A stretch of 64,000 nucleotides of DNA, taken from the NCBI GenBank assembly GCA_004022145.1, contig RCNU01000014.1; one strand, given 5' to 3'. Under the pieces are notes generated by a model. It did no database searches and was not told where the DNA came from. It saw only the letters and a program-made list of their open reading frames with translations. This DNA is from Paecilomyces variotii. Lineage: Eukaryota. Shown here in pieces: positions 48,218-61,132 of the stretch (the first letter of the stretch is position 1; each line of letters starts with the position of its first letter). The translations under genes and the position numbers were made by a program.

Positions 48218-50030
48218 CTTGCGCTTTGTAACTCTCCTAGGTCTGTGACTCAGCGCAGTGGACGAGAGTGGATTCGTCAATAACGGCCAGCTGTAAGCGG
48301 ACCTGAACCGCCCAGCAATTGTTCGGAGAGGCAGATGATTGTTCGATACGATGTTCCCAAGAAGAATCTGATAAGCTGAGAACAGGAAAGGGAGAGAAAT
48401 GTTGAAAGAAATGGCCACTGGGTAGCGTTTCTGAGTGCTTCAGATGGGCACTAGTTAAAGGATTGCTGATCAAGGCCCCCTCCGCACCACGTTGAGCGTC
48501 AGCGTAGCGGATTCCTATCCTGGCGTATAGGAGAGCAGAACAGCAGAAGAATTACGGTTCCCTGGGAAGCGGGAGACATCATGATCCCATAATGGACGTT
48601 GGACGTAGTTAGTTACGGGGCATAGTTAGAATAATTGAGCGGTTAGTCACTGGTGGAGAATGCGGAGCGCGCCCTTCTCTTGACAACGCCTTTCCCGAGA
48701 TGGTAAGGGGCAATAGAACTGGAGGTGGCTAACCAACAATTTCCGATGACTATTACTTTCATCAATATGTTTAAACAATGTGAGTGGTATTTAGTACCCC
48801 GAAAAGGAGATCTTGATGTGATGGAGAGGCTTCTAATCGAGACAGAAAACGCGCCTCGCCTCAGAATCCGCTGCTGCCTCATTAATGTCATCTCCCATCT
48901 GTCTCTATACAACTGGGAGCTGCTAGAAAATCCCATTTTTCTTTTTAGCAACATACAACATGAGGTTCCCGGGGGAGGTTGCGAAGTACAGTTTATTTCT
49001 TATTGCCCGACCGGATAACCGCACAGCTCCTACGGTGGCCGGAATGATTATAGCCCGTTCAAGTATCCAGCCGGTTATCTCTCTTCCGTTTTTAGATGAA
49101 CTTTTGCGAATAGAATGATCCCCCTTTGACCAAGTTCCCTACTTAACTGTCAGCAACGGAAGTACGAATCACCGTGCAGGTATTTTGAAGTGAAGGATCA
49201 TATACTTTATCGTCAGCCCTGAAGGCGCACTTCTCTTTCTTGTGGCCCTGCTGATGACATAGCCTACACTATATTTCGTCAATGTTAATCCATTCAAACC
49301 CAAACTCTGGCTGCTTACGGTTCCGATAGCTATATTAAAATAAGTACATTAGCAGAATTCATTTCATTGCCACGATCACTTACTATCCAAAGACCTTACG
49401 GCTGAAACTCACATGAGAAGGATATTTCCTGCATCCGAATGTAGCAACTAGTTTGCGAGATGCAGGGTCGTGGCACGCAGTCATCATAGGAACTAATTCT
49501 GGTTGTCTGAAGCTAGCATTCGCATATAGCGTCGCGCAAGCAGAATTGTTAACCGCGGCTGGTTTGCAGTATCAGAAAAAATATAACTGCAAAAGAAATA
49601 AGAACTGATGTATACTAATAATTCTCAGAGAATATACCTAGGTAGGTAGTTCTCTATCATGTTAGCATCCGCTAGTTCCCTCGGAAGTCCTTATCTTTCC
49701 AAAGACCAGGGTCTAGGCTTCCTTCTTTATGATCTTGACGCAATTCTCCGGTCGAGGATCATTATCTTGGAGCGGTATATTTCCAAAGGTGACCACACCG
49801 CATAACCATTTCATTCTCTGATCTCGTTGCACAGATTTCATCATAGATACAGCCTTAAGATACTCCTCGTCTTCTAGCAGGCGCCGAAGTTGTCCCAACC
49901 GCGTCTCTGCATCGATGACAAGTGGGAATGGCATGGCAGGCGCGGAAACTTTGACGCGGCCTCATGCTCGGGGGAAGGCGTGATAAGGTTTGCGTAATCA
50001 CATTGTACGATCAACGAGCAAATTTAGTCA

Positions 50031-50530
50031 CTAGACAAGAGTCATCCATGGTATAGAGAAGAATCGATCATGTCCTGATTTTGACTGGTCCATATGATAC
50101 CAGAATGGAGAAATCTTCGCTTCTTTCCTAGCATATCCGTCTGGGAGTTCTAGATCCCCGTTCACATCAAGTCTGCGAATGGCGACAACTTCACGATCAG
50201 TGAGGATAAAGCGGTAGCGAGCATAGCGCTGCTTTATACACCAGGTAACCTGAGATAGGGCTTTCTTGAACTCTCTCCTTTGCTTCTCAATATCATAATC
50301 CGGACCCTAGACCACTTCCATAACGACTTGATATCTCCTGGGGTGTGATTTCCCTTGGTAGATGGTCTGGGTCTCAGGTACTTCTGGAAATAGGCAGTAT
50401 CAGACGTGAAGGCCTTCATATATTACGGCTTGATTCCCTTCCTCAAATGATAGAGCACTATAACCGTCAAGACAGTTCTACATATAGAGGAACTGGAGAC
50501 GGATGGGAAATGATGCGCCTAAGTCGAATC
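50031..50530 (-). pseudogene. Frameshifted relic of a PD-(D/E)xK nuclease-like fungal protein
   Basis: Three successive frames: ALSFEEGNQAVIYE / FTSDTAYF..GNHTPGDIKSLWKWS / REFKKALSQVTWCIKQRYARYRFILTDREVVAIRRLDVNGDLEL. Family assignment is by recalled motif pattern. Confidence 0.6.
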
Positions 50531-51761
50531 CACATGTATGAATCACTGTCGGACGCTCATTTCCGAAGCGAGCAACTGCGGAGATGTTAGCATGCGTTCA
50601 TATAGTATGGGGCCCCGGAAGAACGTGTCTGTACTGCGCCTTTGTGGTGGCCAGATTGAAAGTGCTCCAGTGACCTAAATTTCTGATATCCATAGCTCAG
50701 GTTCCTCGTCTTATCCATCAAGGTAATTTAATTCAGTAATATTTTCAGTACCCGGAGACCGACTTTCAGGTATCTCACTAAGCTAACGAGGTTATTCATG
50801 GTAGATATTTATATAAAGTGTCTATAAGTACTATAGTACGAAGACTTGTGTATAAGAAAGTATACATTCTTCGTTGAAACTGGCTAATGCTCAGATTTTC
50901 TAGCAAGCTCAGATTATTTATTCCCATGGGCGGATCTCAGAAGGCAAATAAGTGGGAGAACTCCGCTAGGAAATTCATAGAGTCATACGCGTGAATCAGT
51001 TGGTGAAAGGTCATAGTATAGCTGCATACAGATAGGGGATAAGTGAATATGCTAAATTATATGGAAGTGGAGTACCTATGCCGGAGGCGTTCCGTAACGA
51101 AGTCACAGATACTAAAGCCGTTGTCCTCAGCAACGAGAATGTTGACAGTGATAATATTATCCCGAAGGAGAATCGAAAGTAGAGTCTTGTATCGACTCGC
51201 TCTTTACGTTCGCTTCCCCTTTGGTTTCTGCATGCATCCTTCCGATGTATACCTAAGTAGCGCCGGTGCCAAATTATTCATTTTGCCGCAATGCCAGCTG
51301 CAGTACTTACTTACGCCACTACTGCGGGACAGGATAGCCAACATCAGTCATCCCATCACACAACATATGGATCAAAGGAGACAGCCCGTATTAGGAGATG
51401 CGTTGGGATAGCGAGAAAACACATGCGACTAAAAAATCATAAGCCGATAAAAACAGCGGACCGGAAAAACAGCTAGACACCAATACATAGTCTCAACTTG
51501 AGAGGACTCAAAGAAATCTATGCATTTGCAATTCGCTGTAAGCTAGACTCCAACATCGTAGGCTACATTGGCCGTAGGTTTCAATCTGATGTGAAGTGAG
51601 CTTCCTATAGTGAAAGCTTCAATTATTGGTTGGTGGGAATATCCGCCGAGGTTTCATGGTTTGTGCGTCGTAACTTTTTCTTTCACTCATACAGTAAGTA
51701 CCCCAGCTCATCTGCAACCACGCAGTACCTCGTCGGATCTATTTCTTTCATGAGGCTAGCC

Positions 51762-52542
51762 ATGGAACTTACAATCGCTGATATTAACTTTGTCCATGTT
51801 CTTCAAGAATCCGACTATTCTTCGATTTTCCAAGTGACCGTGCAAGATAAGCTGTATGTCCTCAAGGTGGTACGTTGTTCCTGATGCATTCCCAGTTTCC
51901 TAAGCACCTTCTTAACCATCATCCTAGTACCACACACTGGAGAGATCGCCTGCTGATCCCACACACCGGGAAATCCAACCATTCATCTGTGAAAGCACTG
52001 CATATGCTCGCCTCAAACAGCACGGGTTATGTCAACTAGGAGTGGTACCAGACTTTCATGGCGTGATAAAACAGATCGAGCCAAGATCATGCCAACCTTT
52101 TCTGGACCGGTTCCTGAAGGATAAATCACTGCCCAACGCCATTCTTATTGAATATATTCCAGATATGGAAAAAATCACCTTTTCAAATTTTTCAATCTCC
52201 CGCGCTATTAAGTTTCGTACGATCCTGGAAAGTATTCATAAAGCAGGCGTTTACCACGGCGATCTCTGGCCTCGAAATCTGATGGTTCAAAGCCGCACAG
52301 AAAGGGTTATATGGATCGATTTTGATCGCGCACAAACGTTCCCGGAGAATCAGACTATTTCTGAACGGCAAGCAGAGTGGTTGAGGGACGAAAAAGAATT
52401 GCTCGATGAGTTACTTGACGAATTGGTAAAAACTCATAACCCTAATAAGTATCGCTGTTCTGGCTGACCCTGTGCCTAGGAACAAGATTGGAAGGACGGC
52501 AAATTATCTCGCGCTTGGCCTTGGTATTATGTCTATGGATGA
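51762..52542 (+). CDS. Small atypical protein kinase-like protein
   Basis: Introns 51870-51927 and 52426-52479; YVLKV (Lys), ESTAYARL (helix C Glu), AILIEYI, VYHGDLWPRNLMV (catalytic loop), WIDFD; no Gly-rich loop. Confidence 0.85.
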
Positions 52543-52814
52543 ACCGTTTTAGAATTATGATGGGATTGGGCGCGGTAAGGTGTCAGGGATTGGTTTTTTG
52601 TTGCATTTATGTGTACAGGTACTTGGGACGAACTGTAAGATAGAAAAATTGAGGATATGAATCATAGCTGTAGATAACTCCACGATGCATTGGTCTCGTC
52701 GCTTTTCATATCTCTGTATAGAAAGGCGGAGAGAAAAACAACTGAACTCTACCTTGAGTCTTCGTTTTTATCCAGTGATTCTATAGATGAGTATACATAA
52801 GTAGATTATTCACA

Positions 52815-53772
52815 TTATTTAGCCATAATTCCAGCGTCACCAGACTCTGGCTGCCAGACAGTTACCATCTCGTCATCGCGGGCATAACGTTGTGGTTCTT
52901 TGAGCCTCTCATCTTGCTTCTCGTCAATATGGCGTGTCCAGATGCCCACTAGGACAAATATAACCGCAAGAAGCAACTGCGGAACAACGCTCAAACAGAC
53001 ATTTGCAGCTAACGAATCTGAAAACCTCGATGAAGGCTTCGTGACTGAGATGAGTCCATATATACCGCGAAGCATGATCAGGGGCCACGATATGACGACG
53101 GCATATGTTAACTACGGAGTCCACATGGTCAGTGATGACGAGCCAGAGGATGTACGATGGTGAGATGTTCACCTTAATCCCATCCACGTATCTCCTGGAG
53201 ATAAGGTCACAGTCTCTCGGCGTTCGTGAGCTTATCGACGTCCACGCCACGAGTGCCAACCAGCACACTAGCATTATGACGAAGCCGACTTTCACTAGAT
53301 CCAAAGATGTTGTAGCTGACATTTTTGAGTCCTTGTTCGTAAGGGCACTGATGGCGCAGGCGATGATAGCCAGACTGGCGCTGACGGCGACATGGTAGAT
53401 CAAGACGAATGCCCATTCCAGTTTAGCGTTCGAGATCAGATTTCGAGCTGCTCGTCTGTTGGTATCCTTAGCGAGAGTACAGTAATGTTTGAGACCTTGT
53501 ATAACGTACGCTTCATGCAATATGCCCATCGCTGCCAGAAGGAGGGGAGAAAGACCGATGTTATTGACTAGTAGCGCGCTGGAGCTGCTGGAATCGAGAT
53601 CCCCTTGTCTAAGCTCCAAGCCGGAGCCAATAATGCGTAGGGTGCAGAAAACGAAGAGATAAAGCCATCCTAGTAAACCGGGTTTCCCATGAGAGTAGAG
53701 ACAGTAAAGAACAGGAAGGGCAAGGATGCAGTATATGATCAACTGTGCAGTGGGGAGTGCTGCCATTGTCAT
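52815..53772 (-). CDS. Multi-pass membrane protein (RTA1-like/DUF7702-type)
   Basis: HGKPGLLGWLYLFVFCTLRIIGSG, IGLSPLLLA, PLIMLRGIYG; introns 53509-53456 and 53172-53112; about seven hydrophobic segments. Confidence 0.8.
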
Positions 53773-54380
53773 ATTGTATGTACTGGATCTTGGGAATTGT
53801 ATGGTACAAGATCTATGTATGTACTATCCAACGTAGATAGTCCTCCGTAAAAACGACGATTGGCAGCAGGACGTGCACAGAGAATGACAGATCTTGTCAT
53901 ACATGAAAACGACATGGGGAAGATTCATAGCTCTTATCATCCTAAATAAGAAGCTAGTTACTGACATGGATTCACAGCTTAGTTAGGCCCCAGCATTGCA
54001 ACTCCAATTGTTCTGGAGCAGGAATAACGCCCCCCAATAGATGCTCCGAAATAGATGGCTAAGCCACATTTTACCGCAGCTCAGGGGCTCAGCGACAGTC
54101 CATCGTCTCTAATTCGAAGTAACAACTCTGGAGGATGTTATGGGGATGGGGGCCAAACGGCCGATCTTTTGGGCGCTAAGTACAGTACTTGGTTGCCCGC
54201 TCAGGAAAGGAACGCGAAAGCGAGACAGAACAGGCAACGAAGAATCTCTTTGAGCCACTCTCCAACGTCCAACTGATCTCTGTGACATCGAACCTCTCCA
54301 TTCCAGCTAGCATGCGTGCAAGTGCCACGTCTCTGCAAGGACAATACGCTTCCTGACTGGTATAATCCGATGCGGGTCGG

Positions 54381-55826
54381 ATGGATAAGACGCGCTTCAT
54401 CCAGTATGTGCCTGGTAGTTCCAGGGCCCCTCGCCCTAAGGCACCGCGCCTCCATCACAAGAAATCCAAGGCGGGATGCCAGCAGTGTCGTGCCCGTCGA
54501 GTCAAAGTTGGTTGTCTCTTTTCACATTTCGTGATTGATCACATCTTCTCAGTTGCTCTTGTTTGAACCCCCCGGGGTTGTTGACGCTTGGAATCCCACC
54601 AACGCGGAGAGCACCGGGCACTTCCCTCTTTCCCACTTCCACCAGTCCTTTTTCTTAACCTCTCTCACTCTCTGAAACAATCTCCAAGTACTCATGAAGG
54701 TCGGGCATATCCAATTTCTGACAAAAAGCAGTGCGATGAGATCCATCCAGTCTGCGGCAGTTGTGACCGCCATAATGTGGCCTGTGTCTACGAAGATGTT
54801 TTCAAGCTGATTACGATCCCTCCGCCATCACATGCTGGTCACAATGGAAATGATTCTTCGAAGGCTGGCAAAACTAAGAACCACGACCGCGGTGGTTCCA
54901 ACAGTGGTTCCAATACACCGGGCCCAGACCCAGGCGGCAAACACCTTCTTGAGCTCCGACTCCTCCACCACTACTCCATCGTAACCAGCCAAACGCTGCC
55001 AACGTCTCCCGAACCAAAGCTTGCGGATATATGGAAAACCTATGTTCCTCGTCTGGCATTTCAACACAGGGCACTCCTGGACTCCATCTACTCTATAGCA
55101 GCGCTGCAACTCAGCCTTACTCAACCGGGTAACCGAGAGTTGATGGCTGCACATGGTCAATATATGGATCAAGCTATCCAAAAGCATCGCGAAGATATTG
55201 CTCAGATCAATAACCAGATGGCAGATGCAGTATGGTTTACCTCCAGCCTTCTCCGGGTAGCAGCGTTTGCTTCGCTGCAAGAGCGCCCCATCGAGCCATA
55301 TACCCCACCGATGCAGTGGTTCAGAATAGCAGTCCGTGCGACGCACATATTTGAAGTGGTATACGAGCTGGTGAGACATGATCCATCCTCAGAAGCTCTG
55401 AAGGTCATGAAAGAGGGGTACTTCACTCTGAACCAGCATCTTTTGTTTCAAGACGAGAGCAAAAATGAATACTCTCATCTGCTTGATCGATCAGATAATG
55501 CAAGATACAGAGATGAGCCTTGGGATGAAGATATCCAGAGGACATACGAGAGCGTCGTTAAATACCTGGGAGGCTTGAGTTGTGCGATCAAGTCGAAAAG
55601 ACCAGCTGCAGAGATCGGTCTCCAATGTATTGCGTTCGGCTCAAGGATCCCTGAGCGGTTTATCGAACTGGTCGAGGACCGGCAACCAAGAGCATTAGTG
55701 ATACTAGCTCATCTCTTCTCTTTAATGACTGGCTTTGAACATATTTGGTATATCGGCAAGCTGGGTCAGAGAGAGCTTCGCGGCCTACGTACCGTCATAC
55801 CAGACGATTGGAATGACATGTTATAG
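54381..55826 (+). CDS. Zn(II)2Cys6 transcription factor, Upc2/Ecm22-like subgroup
   Basis: RLHHKKSKAGCQQCRARRVK, intron 54507-54731, then CDEIHPVCGSCDRHNVACVY; LELRLLHHY; PRALVILAH. Confidence 0.88.
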
Positions 55827-56157
55827 TGATGATCGCTTTACGATTTTGATGCAGTTGACAGATTGTGAGATCTCATTGTGAGATCTCATCTAATTTTGTG
55901 AGAGATATATATTTGCATTTACGACGGTGGACAAATCGCATATACGCATAACTTTTGTCGCTCTTTATTTCTATCAGGTTTGACGCAGCTGTCACTAATC
56001 ATCCAGTCAACCTCTTGATGGATAGCAGATGGGATCTCTCCCCAAACCCCATTTTGCGGTAACCGGTGACACTCATGTGCGGAAAAGCTGTTGCATCTCA
56101 TTTCGTCATCATAACATCGTGCAAAACCTCACCCGTCTGCAGGTACGGTTCTCGATC

Positions 56158-56883
56158 TTATAGTGATGGTTTCCGGACCGGCACCCATTCTCCGTTGCCC
56201 TTATACAGCTGGTTCTTCCTATAAAAGTCTGAGAGGCTCTTATCCCTGTCCAGATCACTATAGACCTCGACCAGTGCCGCAAGGGAGACAGCCACCCATC
56301 CAGGATATTCCGGGGGTGGCGATGCCCCCTGCTTTTCTTTCTGCGGGTATTCTTCTTCGACGATAATAATCCTGACAGCCCCAAATTCCGCTTGGGTCTC
56401 AACCGAGGAGGCCTGATCCGTCACAGCTGCCAATGTTGCGAGACAGCCATCATCAACCATCAGACAAAACTTGAGGCGGATCGGCAAATCCATCGCGGGC
56501 AGCCCTAAGGAGACTTTCCAGTCGTGGAAGGCTTGTCGAACGGTCTCAACATCTGCATTGTCGTACATATTCTTATCGCTGAACACTTTGGACGAATACG
56601 TGCGTTGAAGCAAGAGCATCTGTTCGGGGCTGCCTTGCAGATGCTTTGGGACGGCCCTTTGGATCTCCTCATTCAGAGCTCGCAAGTAGATCGGGAAGAG
56701 ACGTTCTGAATCAGGAGCATATGTGGCACGGAAGACAACCGGACCCCATGTTAAGGTCAGGAAATCCCGTTCAGGTCCTGGAGGAAGAGATGTCAGGCCC
56801 GGCTCTTCACCGAGTCGGGTGATTTCCCGTTCCAGGAAATGGCTTGCTGGTTTGAAGAAACCAGGCTCTGTCATGGTAGTCAT
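56158..56883 (-). CDS. Fungal hypothetical protein (WGxVxxRxxY type)
   Basis: gccATG start, 241 aa, TWGPVVFRATY, VRQAFHDW, FCLMVDD. Confidence 0.7.
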   Translation of the reverse strand: MTTMTEPGFFKPASHFLEREITRLGEEPGLTSLPPGPERDFLTLTWGPVVFRATYAPDSERLFPIYLRALNEEIQRAVPKHLQGSPEQMLLLQRTYSSKVFSDKNMYDNADVETVRQAFHDWKVSLGLPAMDLPIRLKFCLMVDDGCLATLAAVTDQASSVETQAEFGAVRIIIVEEEYPQKEKQGASPPPEYPGWVAVSLAALVEVYSDLDRDKSLSDFYRKNQLYKGNGEWVPVRKPSL

Positions 56884-57432
56884 GGCGGACAACTCGAGAT
56901 AAGATGAATGGCACACTGATCAGAATTTAGACGGACTGCCTTTGGTTAGATAGATGTAAAGGAAAGGAAGCCCTCTATTTAATGGCAAAGGCGATGGAGC
57001 AAAGTATGGTTGACATGATGTCAGCATGACATTGCCATCTAGTTACAAGACCTTACGGCAATCCATATATGCGGCTTCCAAACGGAGATCCCCAAGGAAG
57101 ACTCCTGCAGCAGTTGGAAAGACATCGAACGAAGTAAAAGTGCCTCCGTAGATCAATCGTAGATCATTCCGTGTCAACCAACTCCATCCGAAGGCCGACT
57201 GACTTACTTAAGTAGGGAGATAACACCGGCAGAATCCCACCGCCCGCTGTAGCCTCGGCGATATCGACCGCCTCCGTCACATTCAATGGAAGCAAGTCCG
57301 GAGGAACGATGGACAGCGGACGGAAACTCATTGATGTCTTCGTGTCTGGGAGCAGTATGAGATGATCATCTTGCGTGCATTTCCGTGACGTGAACTTCTT
57401 TCTTTCCCCGTCTTTCGTGTCAGTTGGCAATC

Positions 57433-58661
57433 ATGCTCCGGTTCCGCACCGAGGGCTTCAACGGGTGCGCCGTCAAGTATTCGCCCTTCTTCGATTCCCG
57501 CATCGCCGTTGCAGCGTCCGCCAACTTCGGGCTTGTGGGTAATGGACGGCTCTATATACTGGATCTGACGCCAAATGGGATTGTTCCCTTGAAATGGTAT
57601 GCGTCCATATCTCGCCTCTTCCATCTCCCCGCGTTACCCCGCGGTTCCCCAGTCGTCATGCGGGACAAGCTCGACATAGCCATTCCACAAACACCACATT
57701 TGAAACGATAGCAGAACACTGATGTCGATTGATATGCAGGTTTACAACTCAAGACTCGCTCTATGATCTCGCATGGTCCGAGATCCACGAGAACCAAGCT
57801 CTGGTCGCTTCCGGGGATGGAAGTATCAAGCTCTTCGACTCCACAGTAAACGATTTCCCCGTTCAAGCATGGAAGGAACATAATCGTGAAGTGTTCTCGG
57901 TACATTGGAATTTGGCTGCAAAGGATCGATTCTGTTCCAGCAGCTGGGATGGAACGGTCAAGATCTGGTCACCGCAGCGGCCGCAATCGCTGTTGACGCT
58001 GCCAACACACAGCTGCACTTACTCCGCCGAGTGGTCTCCTCATTCCCCTGATATTCTGTCCTGCGTTTCGTCGGACTCATACGTGCGTCTCTTCGACTTG
58101 CGCACGCCAGCTTCAGCATCGAATCATCTCACTCTTCAGATTCCTATTCATGGAGCGTCGTCAACACTTGTCCCGATGGGTAATAAACCAGGCATGGCTA
58201 CTGCCCCTGCGGCAGCACCACCGTCTGAAGCTCTCACACACGACTGGAACAAGTATCGACCCTCAATTCTTGCCACTGCTGGTGTTGATAAGACTATCCG
58301 GACATTCGACATTCGCGCTCCGCAGCAAGGTCCACTGGCTGTAATGGTCGGACATGACTACGCCGTCCGCAAGATAGCCTGGTCACCGCATCTACCCGAC
58401 CTTCTTCTGAGCGCAAGCTACGACATGACATGCCGTGCATGGACAGATCGCTCCTCGGAACCAGGCGCTGGCGGAGACGGGGATATCATGCGCGCAGGTC
58501 CTGGGGGCCCAATCATGGGTAGAGAACTAGGCAGAATGGGAAACCACACCGAGTTCGTCACCGGGATAGACTGGTGCCTCTTTGGCAGCGAAGGATGGTG
58601 CGCCAGCGTAGGATGGGACGAACAATTATTAGTATGGGACGTCCGAGCGGTGATGGGATAG
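57433..58661 (+). CDS. PEX7: Peroxisomal PTS2 receptor (WD40)
   Basis: MLRFRTEGFNGCAVKYSPFFDSRIAVAASANFGLVGNGRL; intron 57597-57739; WD repeats (SSSWDGTVKIW, HDWNKY, SASYDMT, HTEFV). Confidence 0.95.
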
Positions 58662-59517
58662 TCTGTTGCGCAACGACAAACTACATCTCTTTTCTTTTTT
58701 TCCCCGTTCTCTTTTTTGCCCCTTTTTCTCCCTTCTTGTTCTACTTAACGATTCCCGGATGAGTCAAATTGGCGTCTTCTTGTTCTTTTGATGATTATGA
58801 TGTGTGTAAAAATGGAGAGAAAAGGAAGAAATGACGTTCTTACGTCTCATACCATCGATCGTGTGGAAGGCACTGGATAGCGATGTCTTTATGGTACCCC
58901 TGCATGTGATATGTTCTATATCTATATCTTCTCAAAGCAAGCATCTCTTACGTTGTGGATAGACATGAGTATGATTATTTTATACCATCCCCCCCTTTTT
59001 TCCATCCTGATACGGAGTACATCGCAAAGAGTATGTCGTATACATACACACTTGGAGGAATAGTATTAGGCTGCTTCATGGATTGAGAAGATCACAGATA
59101 ATTTATATTAGATAGATCGAACCTGAATAAATAAATATTTCCCTCCATACCAAGAAATCTATACATCCATTCGCTAGATGGTTGAATTGGCACCCCACGC
59201 ATGCACGCGAGACAACATCATCCATTCATTAAATCTAGACCACCAATAAACATGAAAAAAATGGATGTCCTCATTCATCATCACGGGCATCAATCAGAGA
59301 GGAATATCCTGCGGAAAATGGAATAGGAGCAAAGACGCTCCATCCTTCTTTCTTATATACAACCCTTGCGAATTTAAAATGTGAAATGTCTTTCCCCCTT
59401 TTCTTTTCCCCTAATGTGAAAAAAAAGGGGGCGAAGGGTATCATCATAACTTGACTCGCTCTATAGATTTGCGAGATATTTTTCTTTTCCTTTTTTTCAG
59501 AGGTATTTTGTCCCCCC

Positions 59518-60451
59518 TCATCTGGCGGCCAATCTAGCCTCAATCTTCTTCTTCTCTGCCTCCTTCAGAGCAGCGATCTCCTCCTTCGAGGCATCGAACG
59601 ACACGTGAACCTGGTTAAAGGGGTTTTCAGGACTCTTCTCAAACTCCTTGCGACAGATCTCAATACGCTGGTTCTTCCGCAGACCAGGGTGTTCCTGCTC
59701 GATCTCAGGCAGTCTCCGCGCCTCGAAAGCGGCATAAGCGGCCTTGAATCTTCTCTCCGGGTGACGATCGATCTTGGCTGTGTCGGAGCTGGCAGTGAGG
59801 GAGAGGGCGTCGAGAGCGTTGTCGATACCGGATGCGTTGAGAGCAGCGCCCTTGGCGGCAGGTTCGTCCAGTTGAGATAGGTCCAGTCCACGGGTCTTCT
59901 TCTGAGCGGTCTTGGCCTTTGCGCCCTTGGGAGTTGCGCGTTGAGTGGCTTCTTCTGCTGCGAGAAGGGCTTCGCGTTCGGCTTTCTTGCGTGCTGCTTC
60001 GGCTTTTTTGGCTTCTTCTTGTTCCCTATGAGGAAAGAGGAAATCGGGTTAGTTTTTTTCTTTTTCCATTAATTCTGGTTAAAGAGTATAGGATAGAGCT
60101 GCTAATTCATTCACGAAGGATCAAGACATCACCTACTTCTTTGCATTAGTCTTAGCTCCCTTTGACCACTTCGCATCTTCTTCCGCCGCCTTCTTCGCGT
60201 CTTCAGCGGCCTTCTTCTGGGCGGCGGCTTCCGCTTTCTGTTTACGTCATTATTTCAAATCAGCTCTGTCTTCTCGAACGATTCAGATCCAATATCATGC
60301 AGACGGAGAACTATATCCGGAAGAAAAGAAAAAAAAAAAAAAAAAAAAAGGAAAAGAAAGAGAAAAGGCGGGGGCGGGGTAGATAGAAACATACACGAGC
60401 GTTACCGGCCGCCTTCTTGGAGTTCTCTCCAGCTGCTTTCTTGCCGGCCAT
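59518..60451 (-). CDS. CCDC124: CCDC124/Lso2/Oxs1 family (DUF1014) coiled-coil protein
   Basis: MAGKKAAGENSKKAAGNAR; introns 60394-60238 and 60136-60026; LNASGIDNALDAL, IDRHPERRFKAAYAAFEARRLPEI, FEKSPENPFNQ. Confidence 0.9.
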
Positions 60452-61132
60452 TTTGTATTCCCTTGATTATCGAGTTATGTGGAGTTTCTTTCTAATGATA
60501 ATAATAATAATCTCGCTCTGTCCTTGCGGACGCGCTGCGTGTTGGCTTCTCTGATGGTGTTTGCCGCACAGGTTGTAGTGACGATGTCGGCGGGCGGCAC
60601 GAACTACTGCCTAGAAGGGACTGGCGGATGACTAAGATCAGGGAGGGAGGTCATGTGATTCAGTATATGCTCGAGGGATTTCGAGGGGTTTCTTTATGGG
60701 ATTCAGTACATAGTTAGAAGGAAGAAGTGATAGGTAGTTATTGTCGCTTACCACGCCGCCTGAATAATCTTATTTTTACACACTATTACACACCAATTGG
60801 CCCTTTTCAGATTGAGTCTCGGCTCCGGGAGTAGAAGAGTACATGTTGATGCCATGATTCCTCTCTTCTTGTCTCCTGAGGAGATCAACCTATCTAGATA
60901 TCTAGCTGATAATCCAGACGCTTGATCATTTACAAAATGTTCCGGCATAACTTCAATTGTATACCATGGGAATAGAGTCGAGGATACAAATACCATATTG
61001 TACTGCAGACCGCAGACGCGATGCGCTCCACGTGATCTCTGGTGGATCCGGGGGAGAATGTAAAGTTCCGAGCCGCGCGCTAGCCTCGGGAGATAAGTTA
61101 AAGATCGAGACGGGAGTGGAAGACGGTTGGAT

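Noticed and set aside
48218-48418. N-terminal extension of the homeobox ORF
   Set aside because: Reads like UTR sequence; ATG 48217 (aagATGG) precedes the protein-like region. The non-ATG starts at 21565 and 23823 were dropped likewise.
52437-52445. TAACCCTAA telomerase-template-like word
   Set aside because: A single 9-mer inside a 54-nt intron; consistent with chance.
60238-60394. C/D snoRNA in CCDC124 intron 1
   Set aside because: Imperfect C box (ATGATA), too short to the CTGA, and no terminal stem; most of the intron is a poly-T tract.
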